60,007 nt of DNA. Origin: Aplysia californica (Eukaryota). Every line of letters begins with the position of its first letter. Position 1 is the stretch's first letter. Made by a program: the position numbers and the translations under genes. This document shows positions 58,501 to 60,007 of this stretch, piece after piece. The notes beneath the pieces were generated by a model, which had not been told where the DNA came from, did no database searches, and worked only from the letters and a program-made list of their open reading frames with translations. Location of the stretch: contig NW_004797707.1 in NCBI RefSeq assembly GCF_000002075.1, forward strand, positions 424,928 through 484,934, read 5' to 3'.

Positions 58501-59770
58501 AGAAATAAAGCTGACAAAATGTACATTTACATCAAATGCATCATTCAACCGCATGCAGGAATTTAAATACTATAATAGACCTTTGGGGTTATATACAGAT
58601 ACATACTCTAAGAGCAACACACATCTATGCTCATTCTGAAAAAAGCCTTGTGCTAGATGGTAAAAAACTTCTTTTATATCTTTCTTTCTTTGTTTCTATT
58701 TCCCATCCCCAAACTAAACAGATTATACTTTGCCGAGTGTATTTTGTTATTTATGTTACATGTTCATAATAATAAGTGTCTTCTCCCCCCCCCCCTGTTT
58801 TAATTTATGTATCTGTGCCATACCCTTGATAATCCATGTTGTATGTCGTGTATCTGTTCGTTTTTACCTGACGTATGTTTTACCGCACATCACACGACTT
58901 GCATGAAGTTATTTCTGTTGATGTCGTTAACAATTTCTCTGGCTTTGGCTTCTAGTCTCATAGTTGTGCCGTTGAGAGATGATGCCTGATGCCCTCTCAC
59001 TTCTACTCACAGGTCGTTTCTTTCTTCAGTTTGACACTGAAGTCTTGCGTGTTCAGTGGCTGAGGGTGTGACTTTTTGACCTGTTCTGTTCTTTTTACTC
59101 ATTGGATGGTTTCATTTTGTCACATCGTGTTAACATGGCAGAAGTCACGATATTACAGTTTCTGTACACACTAATGACTTTATAATTATTTGTTCTCTCA
59201 GTAAGGAATGAATCGCTGTATGAAGTGCAATTGAACATCAGCTTTTCAAAAATCCCAAAATTGCTTTAAGTAAAAAGAAGTGTCTCTCCTTTCAATTTAA
59301 AAGGTTACCTAGTAATCTTTTGACGTACAGAATTATTTTCCTATGTTGCAAGCTCTGAAATAAAGTACCCTTTACATACATTTTCAAGTTCTTTATCAGT
59401 TAAGAATTATGATTCCATTTGTCTTGCAGTTGGAACATAGTTGTCTATCATCACCGACATAGCTCTTAATAATACATAATGATAATAAAGATGTAATAAT
59501 AATATTTCAATGGCATTGTCTACCACAAGAAACAACATTCTTAACCTTAAGAGATGAGATGCTCTTATTTGGGCTGTCACAAAAAAGCTATAAAAGAAGA
59601 GTGTGTCTGGTTCCCGACCCTGTAAAGCCATGGTGTTGACTTGGTTATGCTACATGAACGTTTCAGGAGCCCGACAAGTTCAACATTGAACTGGAGGACA
59701 TCAAGTGCATGGAGGGAGAGCCCAAGGTGGAGTTTGAGGTGGACTTCTGCAAGCCCAATGCCACCATGAA
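8996..59770 (+). CDS. unc-22: Twitchin (unc-22/projectin family), 5' portion; spliced gene span, 25 visible coding exons, continues beyond window
   Basis: N-terminus MGVGDDVAPRFTQKPALRQEDNGQRLVFHC...GEVSASINLNF resembles the projectin/twitchin Ig1 as I recall it; tandem I-set Ig domains, PEVK-like segment and D1-type motif RRASLAEVIPDWPTLQ; all GT-AG junctions phase-compatible except one gap-hidden exon. Confidence 0.93.
11389..11404 (+). CDS. unc-22: 16-nt microexon, Ig1-Ig2 linker (A-G-G-Q-K-Q/H)
   Basis: Long poly-pyrimidine tract ending tttcag, exon CTGGAGGACAGAAACA, donor gtgagt; phase 1 to 2. Confidence 0.8.
11920..12100 (-). mobile_element. Retroelement family 2 (short, same 3' tail as SINE family 1)
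   Basis: Begins GTGGGTGGTTGGCGGGTGCTCTGG; other copies 13094-13180 (-), 14065-14145, 22285-22366, 41996-42173, 46628-46799 (+). Confidence 0.75.
13174..13370. repeat. 7-bp tandem repeat ACAGAC(C/T)
   Basis: Direct reading. Confidence 0.95.
13702..13857 (+). CDS. unc-22: Twitchin exon, second half of Ig2
   Basis: caacag| RFKIRSEPRDAKTYFLVLEIDNVAAQDAGNYKVTAKNQLGESNATIRLNFD A|gtgcgt; phase 1-1. Confidence 0.9.
14968..15207. mobile_element. MITE family B (~240 bp, TGT...ACA ends, ~33-bp TIR)
   Basis: TGTGAGGTGTGCTGACAGAATGAGTTACTTCTC / GAGAAGTAACTCATTTTGTTAGCATGCCTCACA; copies 24169-24409, 41695-41909, 45135-45374. Confidence 0.85.
15669..16001 (+). CDS. unc-22: Twitchin exon, Ig3 (5' boundary less certain)
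   Basis: RPVFVQKPAIRQAGGKIILECQLTADPAPTVMW...DGGEYRAVAKNALGEATATITLNFE G|gtgagg; ttctag at 15667-68 is the phase-compatible acceptor; tgcag at 15690-91 is phase 0. Confidence 0.85.
16447..16704 (+). mobile_element. tRNA-derived SINE family 3
   Basis: Degenerate A/B boxes, CCACCCAGC..AATGGGTACC central motif, ACTTT tail; 13-bp TSD TATTTGGTTAATG (16434-16446, 16705-16717). Confidence 0.8.
18301..18316 (+). CDS. unc-22: 16-nt microexon, Ig3-Ig4 linker (G-S-K-K-P-Q)
   Basis: atccag|GCAGTAAAAAACCACA|gtaagt; converts phase 1 (16001) to phase 2 needed at 19656. Confidence 0.8.
19208..19517 (+). mobile_element. 5'-truncated SINE family 1 carrying a nested TTAA MITE (19324-19429)
   Basis: TSD CAGATAGGTG (19198-19207, 19518-19527); insert flanked by TTAA with CACTTTGT/ACAAAGTG TIRs; related insert at 21136 onward. 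Confidence 0.85.
19533..19678 (+). repeat. 49-bp x3 tandem duplication of the Ig4 splice acceptor
   Basis: TGTCTTGATCTATTTCTCCCCACAG|GAGTGACGGCAAAGCCCCTCACT repeated at 19533, 19582, 19631. Confidence 0.95.
19656..19869 (+). CDS. unc-22: Twitchin exon, first part of Ig4
   Basis: SDGKAPHFTQKPTIKQQQNLLLMTCLLEAKPAPQIRWFRD...DLYTVILQIR|gtacgg; phase 2-0; not in the ORF track. Confidence 0.9.
20311..20648. repeat. 37-bp minisatellite, ~9 copies
   Basis: CTCTCTGAAC(A/G)GAAT(G/A)CTCAGTTCATTCGAAGAAAA(C/T). Confidence 0.95.
21382..21472 (+). CDS. unc-22: Twitchin exon, end of Ig4
   Basis: cccag|DPKTEDAGTYKCTAANDLGESNANITLNFQ G|gtgagt; phase 0-1. Confidence 0.92.
21452..22035 (+). repeat. 32-bp x18 tandem array of the Ig4 splice donor
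   Basis: CATCACTCTCAACTTCCAAG|GTGAGTCAGTCA; first unit is the real exon end. Confidence 0.95.
22150..22285 (-). mobile_element. RTE-type LINE fragment
   Basis: Minus strand translates GKRSRGRPRETWRR...KTWNNIKRLA*DREMWK. Confidence 0.65.
22400..22632 (+). CDS. unc-22: Twitchin exon, first part of Ig5
   Basis: tgcag|GGEKPGKPPGGIAPTFKEKPKVAQDPSGKNIVIECRCTANPKPDITWFKG...YLIKLEIL|gtgagt; phase 1-0. Confidence 0.92.
23239..23330 (+). CDS. unc-22: Twitchin exon, end of Ig5
   Basis: ttcag|NFTKDDGGQYKVIAKNDMGEGSANITINLE GG|gtaaga; phase 0-2. Confidence 0.92.
24444..24657 (+). CDS. unc-22: Twitchin exon, first part of Ig6
   Basis: cacag|A PKVPPPILQGNPEVKLDESGKNIIIRQGVKSPDMPEISWFLND...FYPSLKLGN|gtgagt; phase 2-0. 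Confidence 0.9.
24677..25198 (+). mobile_element. tRNA-derived SINE family 1, full length, ~20 nt downstream of a donor
   Basis: GGGGCTCTCGTGGCC head, GTTCGAATCC B box, same body and tail. Confidence 0.85.
25697..25784 (+). CDS. unc-22: Twitchin exon, end of Ig6
   Basis: tttag|FTEKDSGVYKIVMKNASGEAMATATVNVD G|gtgagt; phase 0-1. Confidence 0.92.
26523..26706 (+). mobile_element. 5'-truncated SINE family 1 abutting the Ig7 acceptor
   Basis: 3' half of SINE; imperfect TSD CAAATTTTTTACCAAG (26508-26523) vs CAAAATTTTTTTCCAG (26707-26722). Confidence 0.8.
26723..27025 (+). CDS. unc-22: Twitchin exon, Ig7
   Basis: tccag|ALKPKPKGEAPKFTQKL...VETQWTKD...EVFPEDSGEYGVMIKNQWGSATSMASLQVK G|gtaaaa; phase 1-1. 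Confidence 0.93.
27909..27979 (+). CDS. unc-22: Twitchin linker exon (ELPEEKQQQQIEESKMEIRTMSKK)
   Basis: Strong poly-T tract + aatcag acceptor; purine-rich open frame; donor gta immediately before an N-gap; phase 1-0 fits the 13-nt microexon downstream. Confidence 0.7.
28314..28350 (-). ncRNA. Minimal type I hammerhead ribozyme
   Basis: Minus strand GTTC-CTGATGA-AGCCCGTTGAGGGC-GAAACGTT-GAAC: stem I GUUC/GAAC, stem II GCCC/GGGC. Confidence 0.78.
28487..28521 (-). ncRNA. Degenerate hammerhead ribozyme (core G5-to-A)
   Basis: Minus strand GCTC-CTAAGGA-AGCTCAAGAGGC-GAAACGTT-GAGC; same flanking unit as the 5328 copy. Confidence 0.65.
29055..29440. repeat. Degenerate AT-rich ~55-60 bp tandem repeat
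   Basis: Recurring AAAAAGATATTGTGACT..TTTATTTGTGTAGAGAACCTG. Confidence 0.8.
30090..30102 (+). CDS. unc-22: 13-nt microexon (K-E-D-A-P)
   Basis: ctaac branch point, tttgttctttgtattgcag|AAAGAAGATGCAC|gtaagt; phase 0-1 bridges 27979 and 32170. Confidence 0.75.
31742..31988. repeat. 28-bp minisatellite, ~9 copies
   Basis: GATCCTGATATGAGTATGAGATTTTGG(C/T). Confidence 0.95.
32170..32706 (+). CDS. unc-22: PEVK-like exon (KKVEEP/KKKPEEP repeats); in-phase alternative donors at 32535 and 32562
   Basis: ttgtag acceptor; open frame rich in P,E,V,K; donors G|gtagag (32535), G|gtaaaa (32562), G|gtatgg (32706), all phase 1. Confidence 0.85.
35478..35567 (+). CDS. unc-22: Acidic 90-nt symmetric (probable cassette) exon DNLKDQDDEDAGYEADEDRTGPYDLDDADE
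   Basis: ttttgctaag acceptor, G|gtgagc donor, phase 1-1, coding-like GC composition. Confidence 0.7.
37843..38258. mobile_element. MITE with long imperfect TIRs
   Basis: AAGTGGTCCCGGACGAACTCATAGAAATTT vs AAATTTCTATGGAGTTAGGCCGGGACCACTT; exact ends uncertain. Confidence 0.6.
38760..39190. repeat. 24-bp minisatellite TGTTATT(G/T)TAACATTCAGTGGAAA
   Basis: Direct reading. Confidence 0.9.
39941..39966 (+). CDS. unc-22: 26-nt microexon (G-K-G-S-M-D-F-S-K)
   Basis: actgac branch point, ttttctctttcag acceptor, AAG|gtaagg donor; phase 1-0 required for frame. Confidence 0.85.
39976..40748 (+). repeat. 27-bp minisatellite ATTGTCCTATTTTGTATTCTCTCTAAC filling a whole intron
   Basis: Runs from ~10 nt after the 39966 donor into the 40752 acceptor. 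Confidence 0.93.
40753..40828 (+). CDS. unc-22: Twitchin exon, start of Ig8 (DKKPIMAIGEGPALKDKPQNQVVME)
   Basis: ggcag acceptor, G|gtacgt donor; phase 0-1. Confidence 0.85.
42223..42462 (+). CDS. unc-22: Twitchin exon, Ig8
   Basis: cttaag|GDDLKVTVSVDPKGKPTPAIKFYRG...DEAKYTVIVESEGAITDTATFSVFIK G|gtgagt; phase 1-1. Confidence 0.92.
45726..45771 (+). CDS. unc-22: Twitchin linker exon (DPKDSQLDYRALLKHR)
   Basis: ttttag acceptor, AG|gtcagt donor; phase 1-2; D(F/Y)RxxLKHR motif typical after this Ig in twitchin/projectin. Confidence 0.88.
46826..46884 (+). CDS. unc-22: Twitchin linker exon (EVAQKKEDEEDPDWGNLKP)
   Basis: ttgtag acceptor, G|gtaaca donor; phase 2-1; PDWGxLK motif. Confidence 0.88.
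47127..47480. mobile_element. Tc1/mariner (pogo/Tigger-like) MITE with nested element 47258-47440
   Basis: TA|CAGTCGAACCTG...CAGGTTTAGCTG|TA; nested CTGTCCCCGT...ACGGGGACAG with 6-bp TSD TCTTAG; second copy of nested family ~57733-57912. Confidence 0.75.
48232..48237 (+). CDS. Candidate 6-nt microexon (E-T)
   Basis: cactgac branch point, TGC, long pyrimidine tract tctttttctttgtttcag|AGACAG|gtattg; phase 1-1; not required for frame. Confidence 0.4.
48922..49105 (+). mobile_element. 5'-truncated SINE family 1
   Basis: 11-bp TSD ACTCTCAAAAG (48911-48921, 49106-49116). Confidence 0.88.
50766..50863 (+). CDS. unc-22: Twitchin linker exon with RRLS PKA site (VDKKGRRLSQIEVMKMSLKKVEKAEGSDSEDEK)
   Basis: ttgcag acceptor, AAG|gtaata donor; phase 1-0. 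Confidence 0.88.
51593..51688 (+). CDS. unc-22: Probable cassette exon with RRGS PKA site (RTGKSTEGYRRGSRAEHERDQKEMVYNREEEK)
   Basis: cttcaccag acceptor; 96 nt, phase 0-0; weak donor AAG|gtccct so 3' end uncertain. Confidence 0.62.
53759..53767 (+). CDS. Candidate 9-nt microexon (S-R-I)
   Basis: actgac branch point, tttttccatctccgacag|AGTCGCATC|gtgtgt; phase 0-0; not required for frame. Confidence 0.3.
53890..54470. repeat. Degenerate ~75-95 bp tandem repeat
   Basis: Recurring TGTGTCTGTCTCCTGCAAAATATGTTCATGGACAGACCAGATTC...GCAGCGTATG. Confidence 0.85.
55417..55599 (+). CDS. unc-22: Twitchin exon with D1-type PKA phosphorylation site
   Basis: QKGSGSRRQSVEIE...QQRRSSMQQRRASLAEVIPDWPTLQKRKVIKE; matches the mussel twitchin D1 motif RRPSLVDVIPDW as I recall it; tctag acceptor, GAG|gtgaag donor; phase 0-0. 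Confidence 0.88.
56072..56302. mobile_element. piggyBac-type MITE
   Basis: TTAA|CCCTGTCCGTAC...GTACGGATAGGG|TTAA; related copies ~19908-20120 and ~26114-26315. Confidence 0.85.
56497..56738 (-). mobile_element. 5'-truncated SINE family 1, antisense
   Basis: Reverse complement of SINE 3' half with T-rich (antisense A-tail) start. Confidence 0.85.
56874..57124. mobile_element. MITE with ~80-bp imperfect TIRs
   Basis: AGACTACAGGGGGAAAA..GTAGTCACAAACTG / CAGTTTGTGACTAC..TTTTCCCCTGTAGTCT. Confidence 0.75.
59667..59770 (+). CDS. unc-22: Twitchin exon, start of Ig9
   Basis: tttcag|EPDKFNIELEDIKCMEGEPKVEFEVDFCKPNATM AA|gtgagt; phase 0-2. Confidence 0.88.
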
Positions 59771-59828
59771 GTGAGTGGTTTAGGGTCCCATCCTTTAATA
59801 ATAATAATAAATGACATTTATATTTTGT

Positions 59829-60000
59829 GGCGTCTGTGGCCAAGTGGTTAGGATCTCGGACTCGCAATCGTAAGGTCGTGGGTTTGAATCCCGTCAGGGG
59901 CCCGACGTTGTGTTCTTGGGAAAGGCACTTTACACGAATTTTCCTCACTTCACCCAGGTGGGAATGGGTACCCGGCTATAGACAGCGAAAGATCTTGTCA
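59829..60000 (+). mobile_element. tRNA-derived CORE-like SINE (may extend past window)
   Basis: A box TGGCCAAGTGG, B box GGTTTGAATCC, then GTGTTCTTGGGAAAGGCACTTTAC...CACCCAGGTG..AATGGGTACC. Confidence 0.8.
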
Positions 60001-60007
60001 GTTTGTT

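Overview
Eukaryotic (not prokaryotic) draft-assembly DNA with many N-gaps, most likely from a mollusc (inferred from the twitchin D1 motif and the SINE types). The window holds the 5' part of one large + strand gene encoding twitchin (unc-22/projectin family giant muscle kinase). I can assemble 25 phase-compatible coding exons by hand (ATG at 8996 to a donor at 59770, about 3.7 kb of CDS). They encode Ig domains 1-7, a PEVK-like KKVEEP repeat segment, Ig8, a linker with five PKA consensus sites including the D1-type RRASLAEVIPDWPTLQ motif, and the start of Ig9; the gene continues past the window. One exon (first half of Ig2) is missing and probably lies in the 12496-13093 gap. Several 13-26 nt microexons are required for frame. 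Introns contain tRNA-derived SINEs, LINE 3' ends, several MITE families and minisatellites. The most unusual signals are: (i) tandem amplification of the gene's own splice signals (18x donor, 3x acceptor, 3x acceptor+ATG, a branch-point minisatellite filling an intron); (ii) three minimal type I hammerhead ribozymes on the minus strand with stem covariation, two in tandem (Penelope/retrozyme-like); (iii) sense-strand retroelements repeatedly inserted right at acceptors. All coordinates were read by eye; no searches were run.
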